Counted from the first letter of the stretch, positions 27,450 through 40,800 are shown. The stretch: DNA of 64,000 bases from Camelus ferus (GCF_009834535.1 NC_045698.1:7876001-7940000); one strand, 5' to 3'. Numbers and translations are program-made. Notes: generated by a model not told the origin, from the sequence alone.

Positions 27450-28153
27450 GTAATTAAAACCTTTGCTTAATTATAGATTAAAATTAAAGATTAAAATCTT
27501 TGCTTAAATTATGATTCTGTAAACTTGGACATCGATTGTTTTCCTTAACATTTGCAGCAGCAAGTCACAGGTGTGACTTAAGAAGTAAGACCACAGAGTA
27601 CAATATATATGTTCTTAGCAAGAAGGCAATTTGTGGAAATTTAACAGAAAGCACCTTCAAATTTGAAAGGTGCACATTGGCTTACGGGCAGTTTTAGGTC
27701 CCATGACAGTTCCTAGCTGACCATAAAAGGTCAAAAGGGGGGCAAGGCCCAATTCCTGGAAATTCTTGCCCCTTCCTCAAAATAGTTGCAATAATCTTCC
27801 TACTCATTAGCATATGAAATTGCAGAGCCCATAAAAACTAACAACCCCACGTCTCAAGGTCACTCTCTCTCTTGCCTTCTGAGATGGCCTGTACTCTGTC
27901 TATGGAGTTTGTATCTACTTTTACTTTAAACATAACCCCCCACACCTCTCAGCCTCTCTCCCTCTTGCATTCTGAGATGATCCGAATTCTGCATATGGAG
28001 TGTGTATCTCCTAAGCTGTTTTCTCTTCTGAGTGAGATGAATCACACTCTGTCTGTGGAGTGTGCATCTCCCTGAATAAACTTACTTTCACTTTACTGTG
28101 CCTCACTCTTAAATTCTTTCCTGCGTGAGACAAGAACTTACTCTCTGCCAACA
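27450..28153 (+). mobile_element. ERV1 LTR, MER41-like; 5' LTR of a truncated provirus (left boundary uncertain)
   Basis: attagcatatg, cataaaaa, AATAAA at 28075-28080, U5 ctcttaaattctttcctgcgtgag...ccaaca, directly followed by a PBS. Confidence 0.75.
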
Positions 28154-28157
28154 TCTT

Positions 28158-28175
28158 TGGTGAGTCAGCCAGGAG
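28158..28175 (+). other. Retroviral primer-binding site complementary to tRNA-Arg(ACG)
   Basis: TGGTGAGTCAGCCAGGAG vs recalled tRNA-Arg PBS TGGCGAGCCAGCCAGGAG (16/18; both mismatches C>T); starts 4 nt after the LTR-terminal CA. Confidence 0.8.
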
Positions 28176-28389
28176 GACTTGGTAAGGACTTGGCCTCTCC
28201 CCTCCCTTGCATTTGACAGGCCAGTCCCCCCCCCCCCCCCGCCTTGTCTCCTTTCTGCATCTCTATCTCACTCTTACTTTTGCAGTTTTGGAATTTTGAG
28301 CTGAAGAGATTTAGGACTTTGACTTGAAACCTAGGGATGGGATGAAAATAGGAGTACATGGAGACCTTAGCGGGGACCAGAGGGCAGAC

Positions 28390-28954
28390 TGCGGTAGGCC
28401 AAATAATGGCCCCCACAGATGTCCATGTGCTAATCCCAGGAAACTGTAAATAGGTTGTCTAACATGAGAAGAGGGACTTTGCAGATGGAATTAAGGTAAT
28501 GGGCTTTAAAATAAGGAGACTGTCCTGGATGATCCCTGTGGTCTCAATTTAATTACATGATCCTTAATAGCAGAGAACATGCTTTGGCTGCAGTCAGAGA
28601 GAAGCAGCAGAAGGGAAGTCAGAGAGATTCCAACATGAAGATTCAAGTTCCCATTGCTGGTTCTGACCCACAGAGGATGACATGCAAAGATGAGAGAGAG
28701 GCTGATGGCTCTCAGCTGACAGTCAGCAAGGAAACAGAGACCTCAGTCCCACCACCACAAGGAACTGGATTTGGGTCACAATCTGAAGGAGATTGGAAGC
28801 AGATTCTACCAAGAGCCATTAGTAACACTTTGATTTTAAGTTGGTGAGACTCACGTCAGAATTCTAACCCACAGAAACTGTAGAATAAATGTGTGTTGTT
28901 CTAAGTCACTAAGTTTGCAGTCATTTGTTATAGCAGCCATAGGAAACTAATACC
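28390..28954 (+). mobile_element. MaLR solo LTR, MLT1D/E-like
   Basis: tgcggtaggccaaataatggccccc...gggactttgcagatggaattaagg...ttgttatagcagccataggaaactaatac. Confidence 0.82.
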
Positions 28955-29782
28955 CACGTTTTAGCTTGTTTTACTGAAGGGTAAATGGAATTCTTCTCAA
29001 CACCATCCCTCAATGTTTCACATCCCACTTTTTCCCTGGAAAACTGTTCGTGTGCAGTGGGCTCATGCAAGTTTTCAGAAGATATTTCCAGATGATCAAA
29101 TAACTGTATTGATTTGATCAAGACCAAAATACCCCATATATAAGAAAATAAAAATTCTTCCTAGGGGTGTGTATGTTGGGGGTTGGGGTGAGGTGGCATC
29201 CTCAACTATGCAAGGCCAGACGGTGTTCTATGTAACTCAGAGCACACGAAGGCCTCCTGCACAAGAAACACTGATGTGACGTGGTGATGCACATTTGAAG
29301 GCAAAAATATGCTGCTTTAATTTACTTCTACTCATCTCTGATCTGACTGACCACAAGAGTGCCACCAGGTAAGCGGGCATCAGCTTGGTCCAGGATGCTC
29401 TCCTGATTGATTGACAGCCTTCACTTCTGCCAAGTCCTCTTTCTGGAAGTGCAGAAAGTCCAGTGGTTAGTACCCTACACTGTGCGGGAAATAAGTGGAC
29501 TGGGTTGTAAGGGAGAGAAATGAGGCAGCCTCTGAGCTCTGCTTGAGTGAAGTCTACAGTGCAACCTCATTACTTTAAGTGAATTCTCAGAATATCATCT
29601 GAAACGCCAACCATGAGTACCAAACGGGTACGGAACAGCATTAGGACCAGCCCTGTCCTCCATAAACTTTTACTGGAAGGTTGAGTTTACTCCAAATGCT
29701 CTTGATTTTTCTCTCTACATGTGTGTTTTTAAAGCTGGTACTTCATCATAGCCGAGTCAAAAAAAATTCGAGAGTCATAAAT

Positions 29783-29878
29783 TTCCCTTTCCCTCCCTCC
29801 CATCCCTCCTTCCTTCCTGTCTTTCTCTCTCTCTCTCTGTCTCTCCCTCCCTCCCTCTCTCTCTCTTTTTCTTTTTTT
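29783..29878. repeat. CT-rich microsatellite / low-complexity tract
   Basis: (ccct)n/(ct)n read directly. Confidence 0.9.
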
Positions 29879-32123
29879 GGATTAGCACAGTCTTGCAGTT
29901 CGGATTCCTGCTATGTACCTTACTGTCTTCTCCCAAGGGAGGCAATTTCTTTATAAATCAGGACAGTGATGGCTTGGTAATTGCTTTGCTGAGCTGCAGA
30001 GACAGCACGCTTCAGTGACTTAAAGACCAACTGCCCGTCGGGGAGGCTGTGAACACTGCTGTCCTCAGAGTGGAATTCCCTCCGTTGACACCTCCACCCC
30101 TACTCATAAATGGAAACCAGGAGAGAGAAATGGAGGAGCTCCTCTGAGGTTGACTATTCAACTCTGCACCTTTCTAGGACCGCCCAGACGTGTGCCTTCT
30201 GGAGTTAGTCATGCATCACGCACGCTGTTCCAGAGATGCCCAGAGCAGAACCAGAAACACCTGAGTTAAAAGACACCCTATCGCTGTCAAGTACTACCTA
30301 GGGTCTCAGCTGCACGATTCCAATTAAAATTGATGGACGCCACAGAGTTAAGTGCTCTATGAAATGTCTGCTGTAAGTTTCCCATTGGGCTAAATTGCAA
30401 GGAAGTCACAGGGAAAAAAGCGTGAACGCCGCATGGCTAAAACCGTTAACTGTGAACCTAATTGTGCCTGTGGTTCTTTGTGCTCTGAAAACACCCACAA
30501 TTGTTTCCTGGCTTGGAGCACTGGAGACACGGGCTCTGCTCACTGTGACTTGAGACTTCAGTTACCTGACCACATCGTGCGCTTGGAGCAGTGCCACGTG
30601 GCCCACTCCCCTGGCCCATCGATGCCCACCTCCCCTGAATTCCACTAACTCGTGACATATTTCCCTGGCACGTTTGTGGTGGGCTCTTACTTCTACTGTG
30701 CCAACAGTATCAGGGTGCATCTCACCTTGGAAGCCCCCACATCCGACCCTGGTCCTGGCACCTCAGTTTCGCATCAAGTCTATGTGCCACCACCTCTGAA
30801 GCGAGCACTTCCACAGAACAGAGCTATCTGCTAGCCGTGTCCCCATCACAAATACAACAACAAAAACAAAATGCCTTGGGCCAAAAGCCAATTAGGTTCA
30901 AATAGGAATAAAACCCAGTGTTTTCTTCCTTTCCTGCTAAACTGAATGATTTCTCATCTACCAGACATGATTTAACGTCAATCACAAAACCTGGGCTTTG
31001 AAATACATATAATAAATTGATATGCTAGGAAACAGAGAAAGAGAAATGCATATTCACTTCACCAAGCAGGCAGCTTCCCGGAAAGAGAGCATGGTGGCTA
31101 AATGAACAACGAGCAAGGCCGAGGCCATCCAGTTCCGTGTATTTTGGGTCCTCTGTCTTCTAAGAAGGCGGAGAACAAAGCTGACTAATAAAGGATTATA
31201 GGTAATTGGCTACTTGCCTTTTAAATGTCAGACTGTGGGTTTGAAAAAACTTTCAAGATTTGGCATTATGTTCTGGATTACTAATAGCTATTATGAAAAC
31301 AACCTTCCTAACTTTCATTTCAATTCATCACCTGATTCCCCATACGCAGTCATGTCATCTTTCAATTTATTTACTCGCAGGAAATTTTAACAAATTGTAC
31401 TTCAAAGAGTTATTAAAGCTGGGGAATCCACATGATTTTTAAAAGCTCACTCATCTAGATGAAACATTTTCCTTGAGGTCCATTTCTTACTTTCATAATG
31501 GCTTTGATCACTCACTGATACCATATTGAGGACCAATAACAACAATAAAAAAAAAAAAAACAACTGCAAGTCTCATCAAAGGCAAAGAAGTGCGTTTACT
31601 CTTGTGTCTTTATCCCTTCCCTCTACTCCTCCCCTACTGTCCTCTGCACAGTTCCCCAGCGCCTCCCAAATATGGTTTTGTTCTGTGATTTACTGTCAGC
31701 CTGCTGCCATCAGCACCTCCCCAAGCTGACTGCTCGTGGTCCTCGCCCAGCATGGGAGGGCAAGTGATTATAAGAGGGAGCCACCAGATACAGGAGGAGA
31801 AAGAAATCCCCTGTAACTCTGCTGCTCCAGGCCAGATGCCTGGTGGTAACTATCCCTTTCTGCTTTTTAAAAGTCTTCTTGGTTTTCTTACATTACCTCC
31901 TGGGAAAACATCTCCTTAAATTTGTGGCCAAATCACTAATAAAAATAGTCCCTGGATCAAAATAACTTAAGTATCAAAAGGGAAGGAGGTGATTAACTTT
32001 TTTTCCTTTAATCTCTTAAAATGTACCCATCTCTCCTAATTGCTATTTCATGAATTTAGGCATCTTGAAGACTCACTTAGTAATCTTTTATTTGGACCAA
32101 AGAACATGATAAATGATGGAAAA

Positions 32124-32364
32124 TGCAGGGAAAATGGGGTGCGGGGGAGGGATAAGTTAGGAGTTTGAGACTAGCAGATACAAACAACCATAAACAGAAT
32201 AAACAACAAGGTCCTACTGTAGCACAGGGACTATATTCAATAATTTGTAATAACCTACAATAGAAAAGAATATGAAAAAGAACACACATATGTATAATTG
32301 AATTACTATGCTGTACACTAGAAACTAACACAACATTATAAATCAACTATACTTCAGTTAAAAA
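32124..32364 (+). mobile_element. 5'-truncated L1 3' end with 13-bp TSD
   Basis: TSD AAATGATGGAAAA at 32111-32123 and 32365-32377; L1 3'UTR motif aaacaacaaggtcctactgtagcacaggg; A tail. Confidence 0.88.
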
Positions 32365-32923
32365 AAATGATGGAAAAATCCAGACTCCAGTTAATTTGGC
32401 CAGAGATGATTCTACAGTTTTAGCTAAGTGAAACAAACAAAGCCAATCTTGGCCAAAAAAAATGAATTAAAACTACAGAAGGTGTCTCTGGACCGCTGTC
32501 TTTTCTTCCTGTTTTAGAATGGAAATATCTATTTGTGTTCCATCTGTAGGGGTGGCAGATGCCAGGAAGGAGGAGAAATTCTAAGAATATATATATATCC
32601 TTTGTATAAGAAAAACATAGAGAACTCAGTAAAACTAAGATCATTGGGCCTTTCAATTTTTTTCTGAAAATATCTTTCATCTCTGGAAGAAATTTCTGAA
32701 ATACTTACTAAAAAAAGTAGGAACCAGCTTCTTAAAGAGGAAAGCCACTGTGATCTTTCAAGTTTATGCATTAGTCTTGATTGCAGTTTAGTAATAATGT
32801 TGGAAAAATCAGTATCAGAACAGGCCAAAGAAATTTACATTTTAAATTCAAGGCTGCTATAGTACCTGTATAGTTTAATTGTTTGCCTCCATTCTTGTTT
32901 TGAGTGGACTTTTTCTTTATGGT

Positions 32924-33530
32924 TGCGGTAGGGCATATTCTAAAGATGTGTCTTCAAGATTGCTGCCCCCTGGTTGTTCAATCAAACACTAATCTATGTA
33001 CTCCTGTGAAGGAGCTTTGCAGATGAAATTAAGGTCACTAATCAGCTGACTATAAGACCAGGACATGATCCTGAATTATCCTCCTGGGCTCAGTGTCATC
33101 ACATGAGCCCTTAAAAGCAGAAGAGGGAGGCAGACGAGTCAGTCCAAGAGATGCAGCTGAAGAGAGGGTAGCAGAGATGAGGAAAGATGAGGAAAGAGGG
33201 CCTGACATTGCTGGCTCTGCAGATGGAGGAAGGGGACCACCAACCAGGGCAGGCGGTGGCCTCTGGAAGCTGAGAACACCTCCCAGCCCACAGCCAGCAT
33301 CGAAACAAGGCCCTCAGTCTATAAATACAAGGAACTGAATTTGGCCACCAAGAAAGACCCAGGAAGCAAGCTCTCCCCAGAGCTTCCTGAGAAAAGCCCA
33401 CTGGCAGACGCTTGAGGAACCAGCCAAACGCCCTGCACTGCTGATGGACACCACTCTGAGACAGTAAGTTTGTGTTGTTCTAACCCATGAGGTTTGTGAT
33501 AATTTGTGATGGCAGTGATGGATGAAACAC
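32924..33530 (+). mobile_element. MaLR solo LTR, MLT1E-like
   Basis: caaacactaatct...gctttgcagatgaaattaaggtcactaatcagctgac...gagcccttaaaagcagaagag...tttgtgataatttgtgatggcag. Confidence 0.78.
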
Positions 33531-36500
33531 TCCATTTCCACATCCACGGAAGAAAAAAATCTCATCATGATATTATTCATAAACGTTCATTTTAATATTT
33601 CTGCTAAAGTGTTTTAATACTTTGAGACAAACATTTTGCATCTTCCAATGGAGCCATTTTAGATGCTCTGAATAACAAGATGTCATCGTCAGGATTTCAG
33701 ATGCCTCTTGTCGCAGAAGTGGTAAGATGACTGCATCTCTCACCAGCCCCAGGTAACCTAAATGTGACTTTTCTCGGTTTACTGCCACCAGATGGCTTGC
33801 CCTCAACATGAGAAAAGGATAATGGCACCACTGGGTGCACAATTTCCTTTTACTGCTTTAGTGGCAAAGGGAGAGATGCTTCAAAAATCCAAGAATTATA
33901 ATGCTGCAGAGAAAGGTCACACAGCAAAGACAGTTTGAGGAGCCACAGAGTCTCATTAAAAACAGCTCACAAGCTGGCCATGAATAGGCTGGTTTCACTG
34001 TCTTTCCTCGTCACACCAAATAAGCAGACAGCTGCTCACCTGTTAGGGTACTTGTGTCATTCTTCCAATATAGAGAAGTGTTAAGGTTTTATTTAAAAAT
34101 CGCACACTTAACCAGCTCAGTGTATTCTTAACTACCCTGAGAACAACTAAGAAACAAAAGGCAAGACTTGTGCCCTCCGCCGCCAGCCCAGGGCACACGT
34201 GTCTAGCTTTTCTGCTCTCTGTAAACGATAACTGGTTCTCAGAATTGCGGCACAAGACACACAAAGCGACTTCACGCGGAAAATGTCCAGGCAAAAAGGC
34301 ACCACAGAAATAATCTAGGAAAGGTAATTTGGAGACTCAAGGTTTTTCTAACACTCATTTTATTACAATTCCCCTTGTTATTCATCCTTTTATACGTGCT
34401 AACATGGGAAGCTTTTGATCTGTTAATCAATCAAGGAAAAAAGTTACAGAAATGACAGAGTAGAATGATTGCATTTTTGTGCAAAAGAGAAGCAGGGAGA
34501 GGATCCTCACATATTACACAAATTGACCGGCTATTGGACCAGTAGACCCAGTGGCTGAATCCAATATTTCCCTAAAAAATTCCCCTAGAAACACAATGTA
34601 CTTCTTTACTTTTAATCACAAATATTCACGATTGAATATTTTTATAGAACATGCCAAAAATCAAGTATATAGTTTATTCCAGTGCCAAAGAAATTTAAAA
34701 TTGCTTCAAGTGTAAAGCAATAGTTCCTACTTGTTTTTTACCCACATGGACGCACCTCAAAGATAGGTGCTCAAGACTGACACCGTCCCGTCGGCACTGG
34801 CCACTGGTGGTGGGCTGTGGGTTACGAGCAGTTACCAGCCAGCCAGCCAGAGCCTCACTCCTGCTCTCCCTCTGGTCTGCATCCCAGTGTGTGGGCGGAG
34901 ACATTTATCTCTAAGTTAGTGTTGAGTATCTTTTTTGTTTGGTTTTAATTCTGAATTTCCCTCACTGTGGAGCCCCTGAATTATATTGGGATGGACAGAA
35001 CAAGGAGAATGAGGCTGACAAGGAGCCTTTACAAAGTATCTTTGTGGTCACAGAGATCGAGAGACGTGAATGAGGAGGAAATCTAAAAAGCAGAGATAAA
35101 AATGCAATGGACAAAAAGAAAAGCAGCGCTAACTGGAACCTGTTTGGGGGCTTCCTTGAAGGTTATTTTGTTGTGCATCAATCAGTTTAATTTGCTGGAT
35201 AAATATGGCACCACTCACTCTTGAATCCTGTCTTAACCACACACACATCTGCAATGGCACATCTGTCACCTCCATGTTCAAGCATCTTTAGAATCCTCCT
35301 CCAATTTCACTGCCAGGTGCATAACACCAGCAACTCGTGTCTCTTAACTGGTCTCTCTGCCTCTGCCCTCATTCTCCTACCCCTCATGGAAGCTTCAGTG
35401 AGTCTTCTAAGATGTACATGGGAGCACGAGTCCTGTACCCCAAGGCTCTCCTTTGTACTCAGAGTCAAACTCAAAGTCCTGCCCGTGGCACGTGCCGGGA
35501 CGCCCTTCTTCCTTTGTCACTTGGCTGACTCCTACTCATCTTTCTTGCCTTTTTCGCAGGAAGGCTTCCCTGTTCCCCTGACCAGGTGAGACCCCTTTGC
35601 TCTACGCTCATTCCTCATACCCTTTCATGATCCTCACCCCACTTCTATCACTTGCTTACTAACCCCCGCATCCAGTCCTCCGACACTCTGATCACAGAGC
35701 ATCACGCTACTGGGGAAGAAGAGGTAGAGCCTGGGCAGCCGGCCCTCAGGAAGGCAAGCCGCGGGAAGGATGGGTTAGCCGTGCAAGCTGACGAAGTCAA
35801 GACCAGCTCTGATGAGGGTCAGGAGAAACCAGACAGCCGCCCCCGGCCCCCTGTATCTGTACTGAGAAGCAGAGGCTGTCAGCAGGCTGCCCTCGACGGT
35901 CCCACATCTCCACCCAGGGCGGAATGTGCTCTGTGGCTAAATATGCACGACTGCTTGACGGCTTGTGATTCATTTCCTTGCTTGACAAACAGACAAGAAC
36001 TTTCTAGCATGGGAAGGAAACAGAGGACTAAGCGACAGTAATACTAATGCACTGTAGCCACAGAAAAGACATAAATTTGGAAGCCAGCACTAAGACAGCT
36101 TCCTCCGCCAGTTCCTTCTCCAGCCCTAGTCCATAGAGAGTTCAGAGACAGACCAGGCGACGTTCTTATCTCAAGTACGTGAAAGGAATTTCAGGCAAGA
36201 GACTGCAGCTGAAGGGAGTGGAGATTCTTGGGGAGCCAGGGAAAAGGATGCTCACAGGGGGAGAACACACCAGGAATACTGCCACACCCATCTGTTAGCA
36301 GGTCCTGGTTTGTGTGATATAATGTTGGTGAATATTGGCATTGCTTTGTAAAGATAGCAAGTGTTTTATGCTCCGAAAGTCAGCCTGGAGGAACAGAAAA
36401 GCTTTGGTGTCAAATTTCAACTTGGATATGATCTGCCCTGCCTTGGGTAACACATTCAAACCTTCGGTTTCTCCACCTGCAAAGTGGGCTTGTGTTTTGA

Positions 36501-36707
36501 GAGGATTAGATGAGGCAAAGTCTGTGAAGTACCTGGAGCCAGAGGGGACCCAATGCTTAGCCCCCAACTCTCCCTTGATCATTCCCAGTAACTTCCAAGA
36601 CTTTCATTACAATTGCATGATGGCTGCAGTCCACAGTCAGCAGCCATCTGTTAAAGTGAGTTTCCTGTGGGCCAGGCCCTAGTGCCAAGCTATTGATGTA
36701 TATGACG

Positions 36708-37015
36708 GCAGGGCCCACACAAAGGCAAAGTGAGTGAGGTCTTCATTCAGTGCAAAATTTAAGCGGATATCAAAAAAAATTCACTAATCATCAGAAATAT
36801 TACATATTTTTAAATTGTGGTAAAATAGAAATAATAAAATTTATCATTGTAACCAGTTTGGGGGGTACAGTTCAGAAGCATTAAGTGCCTTCACACTGTC
36901 TACTAGACACTATTTTAATGCAATATTTTTTCATCAAAATTAATGAAAACAATCCATGATGAAAGAAATATCACAACTTTAAATGAAGATGGGGTCCAAT
37001 CCTGCACAGCTCAGT
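36708..37015. mobile_element. MER96B-like DNA element interrupted by a short minus-strand L1 3' fragment (~36806-36900)
   Basis: gtgcaaaatttaag...tattttaatgcaatatttt...aaaattaatgaaaacaatccatgatgaa; insert tttttaaattgtggtaaaata...gtacagttcagaagcattaagt. Confidence 0.5.
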
Positions 37016-37059
37016 CTTACCCTCCCCTGCCTCATCTTAGCCCTGATCGGCACCACCAC

Positions 37060-37195
37060 CACCATGGCCATTTACAGACGGAGAGACTGAGGCTCAGAGA
37101 GGCTGCCTCGGTTGCCCAAGATCACACAGCTAGTGGGTTTCCAGTCAGATCTGGACTCGAATGCCAGCTCCTCTCGGTTTGGACCCTAAACTTAG
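37060..37195 (-). mobile_element. MIR SINE fragment
   Basis: catttacagacggagagactgaggctcagagag...ttgcccaagatcacacagctagt. Confidence 0.7.
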
Positions 37196-37480
37196 AATGA
37201 CATCCCATAAGAACATCACACCTATCTCAAAGGCCGTGCATCTGAAGCTTCCAGCGCACAGCCTGGACACAGTCGGGGCTCAGCAAACAGAGCCAGGGCC
37301 ATTGCAGTTCCACGGGTCCCTCTGCCAGCTCTGCAATCCCCTCCCCTCTGCCTCACCTCTGCCCCTAGTCCATCCTCCTCCTGTGGGCACAGCTGAATCT
37401 CAGCTGCACAGGGAACACTGTGTCTCTAACCACTTTCTGCTTCCAGGGCTCCCCGTGGGCTGTACAAACAAATAAGAGCC

Positions 37481-37828
37481 CACCATGAAAAGGAATGAAG
37501 CACTCATGCGCGGTGCCACATGGATGACCCTTGAAAACATCACGCTAAGGGAAAGAAACCAGACACAAAAGGCCATATGTATTGTGATTCCATTTAAATA
37601 AAATACCCAGAATAGGTAAATCCATAAAGGCAGAACACAGGCTGGTGACTTCCAGGGCCTGCAGGAGAGAGAATGGGGAGTCACTGTGTAACAATGGGTC
37701 CAGAGTTTCTTTGGGGCATCATGAATGTATTTTGGCACTAGATAGAGGTGATTGCACTACATTGTGAAATGCCACTGAATTGTTCACTTCTAAAAGGTTA
37801 ATTTTATGCTAAATGAAAGAAAAATAAG
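37481..37828 (+). mobile_element. L1MB-like 3' fragment
   Basis: aaaaggaatgaagcac...atggatgacccttgaaaacatcacgctaag...ccagacacaaaagg...ccactgaattgttcactt. Confidence 0.8.
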
Positions 37829-40800
37829 GGTAGGGAAGGAAATGCTGGGGAGGTGGTGGGGGGACTTCATGCTAGAGTCAAAACTGAAGGGGCCCCTTGG
37901 GAAAAGAGATGCATTTTTGCTGCTGGTCTGATCGACCCACAGGCCAGGCTAATCTGATCTTTGTGGCTCATCGTGCTTCTTGGCCTTTGGCTTCACGTAG
38001 ATTAAAGCCTTTGGAGTGTAAGAAATTTCTAAAGAAAGAAGAGGAAGCTTACAGGCCCTGAGAGGTGACAGGTGAGGGCTGCGTCTCTCTAACAGCCTTC
38101 CTGTCTCAGTGGCCACTTGGGTGCTCTGGGCCCACAGCTTTGCCTTTCTGCGAGATCGTCCCCTGCCGGCCTCCGGGCGAGGATGCTCAGACACGTGTCT
38201 TCTGAAGGCCTCTGTCTCAGCTAGCAGGGGGTCCTGGCTGGGCACTTGAGGGGACACAGGAGGATAATCATCTCAATCATCTCCCCTCAGACAGGAATGA
38301 GCCCTGGAAAATCATAATACACCCCAGCATCAGTTCTTTGTGAGTCTATTACTATGGGTTCTGGCAGAGGACACTTGGCTCCACCTGATTTGGGAAGCAC
38401 TGGCCTCTTAATCTGTTTCCGTTCCTTGTCAGTGACAAGGGTCAAGGACAAATGACATTAATCACATTTGCTAGTTGGGCTGACGGTGCTGCCTGCAGAG
38501 GAGAAATAGGTCAAGTTCCTCTGTGTTCTAGGAAGGAACTTATCAGGACAGCCTGCAAGCCCGCTAAGGAGTAATAGCCCTTCCGGTCCCGTGCAGATTC
38601 CAAGGAAAGGCCCGAAACCAGTTTCCTCCAAAAATGCGAGGGAGGACTCACTCCATGCAACAGACCACAGACTTTACAAGGACATAGAGCTTTTCCTTCT
38701 TTGAGTTAATTGTTTCTGGCAGTACGCCTCACTGGCTCCAACCACTTGACCCAAACTTGTGCAAAACAGAGAGCTCTCAGCAGTAAGCACCGACTGTGAT
38801 GACGACGCTTCCGTTTGGCAGTGCCTTCGTCTGTTTATATAAATTAGCCTGCAATTACCAATTACACTGCTGGTCCAAAAAAGGTCAGGCCACACGTAAG
38901 CCCAGGAAGAACAATGGTCTGGACACGGAAGTCCAGACAGGGCTATTATGGAGAGTTATGGGGGATGATTAATTAGCTGGCATCTTCCTGGGTATTGCCA
39001 TTCTCACACAAAATCCTTGTGCTAACACAGCTACTTTCTGGTAATAAGTTACCTTAAAAGAAATGTAATTAGTTTTTGGGATTCATTAGTCCCAGTCTTT
39101 GTGTCCACAGTGCAGCATCTCCTTGCTAGCTGAGTGCCTGTTATTGGGGAGTAATGGTGTATTCGTACCTCTTTGAGATAATAACGAAGGACGTAGGATT
39201 AATCTGAAGTTCTGGCATGTTTGTCCTTTTACTAAGCAGACTGAAAAACTAAAAATGAATTTATGATGCAGACAGAAAAGCAGTGTCCTGAAAATCTAGT
39301 GTGGAAGGTTGCCAACTCGTTGGCATGCTACTCCTAACTATTGCTTCTTTTGCTTAATCCTTTTGGAGGCAAGAAAATGTAGACCAGGGGTGAAATCTGG
39401 ACAGGGCTGCCCTCTCTGCAATTTCCTCAGCTGAAGGAAAATATTTTAGTTGGCAATTCTGGAAGCATCTGCCAGCTCAGAACAAGAACTTTCTGAGAAG
39501 AGCTACAGAATAATGATTTTTACTTTCAGCAGCTTCCCCAGTTCTCTGTGTCCAGAATACGCAACCTTCTATGAGATGATGAAGGACCTGTCACAGAGAG
39601 GCAACCTGGAGCCCCAGGATGCAGGGACCCAAGTGGTGGGTCCCTATATTCACCCCCACTGCAGCTCTGCTTTCTATGATCCCGAAGCCACCAAGGCTCT
39701 CTGAGTTCAGAGACCCCATTTCTCACCCCTCCCTATCACAGCTCCAGAGGGTGATGGAGAGGAGCTCAGGGAACTGGACCTCTCGCCCAGCCTCACAACT
39801 CCCCTTGCCACTGCCTCACACTAGCTGGGTGCAGCAGGGTTGTACATCTACTCTTCACTCTGAATCCACAAGACAGTGGACAGGAGGCATGATCTCTGCA
39901 TTAGTGCCTTTGGAAATGCATGGCTCTCATTAGTTATGTCTCTCTTTCCTCCAAGAGCAATCATAACTGAAAGTTGGAGATCTTCATAAATGTCACTGAA
40001 CATGGGCTACCCTGCACAAAGGCTGTGATGTTCTTCTATGAGTTGTACTCATCTCCTTGATTATTTTGTCCCAAATTTGGTAAATGCTGGCTTTATTTTA
40101 AAAGAAATATCACTTTGAAAAGGGAAAGAAAAAATGGTATGAAAATAGATGTTAAAATATTCGAGAGGTTTAGTGTGTAGGCAATAAGTTAAACTGTTTG
40201 GCAAGCTCTTTCTTCTTCAATTTATGGTTAATAGACTTGTTTCTCTGCTTTTCCTCCAGGGAAGCTACTTCTGATGCAATGCAATATAATTTGGGAGGCA
40301 GAGGAGGAAAAATTATATTTTTAATATCAAGAAGTTATGAAAGATTTTTAAGAAAGAACCAGCTCTTACAATTTGCTTTTTATTTATTGGGGGCTAACAT
40401 TTTATAACCCAGTGGTTTATAGGGGAAGATATTAAACATTATTGTCTACCAATTGGGAATTAACTCATGGAAGATTTGAATATTCATATTCTAATAGGAA
40501 GAATGGCTACTCACACTGAAAAGATAAAATTTAATATCTGCTTGTCTTTTTAAAAGAAGCCCATATTTGCAACCAAATTATAGGATAAATAATTAAACAC
40601 AAGTTTTAGCTAGATCCTGCAAATTTTCATAATTAAGTAGATCATATTTTGCAGAAATAAGTGATGGAAACTTTAAGAAGTAATAACATGATGGGGTATT
40701 TTATATTAATCATTTATATTTAAGGTGAAATCATTATACTCTCACGTTTTCTAGCTTAGGGAAATAAAATAATGTTTGGGGAGAAATGATCTCTATTACT

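Noticed and set aside
27651..27673. Near-perfect palindrome GCACCTTCAAATTTGAAAGGTGC as a terminator or miRNA hairpin
   Set aside because: Too short for a pre-miRNA, lies within an LTR U3, and bacterial terminators do not apply.
27877..28071. CRISPR-like repeat/spacer array
   Set aside because: The copies are diverged, unevenly spaced and lie inside a retroviral LTR in a mammalian genome; there are no cas genes.
25817..28153. The two adjacent ERV1 LTRs as paired LTRs of one provirus
   Set aside because: They are not similar to each other, the first has its own TSD, and the PBS follows the second.
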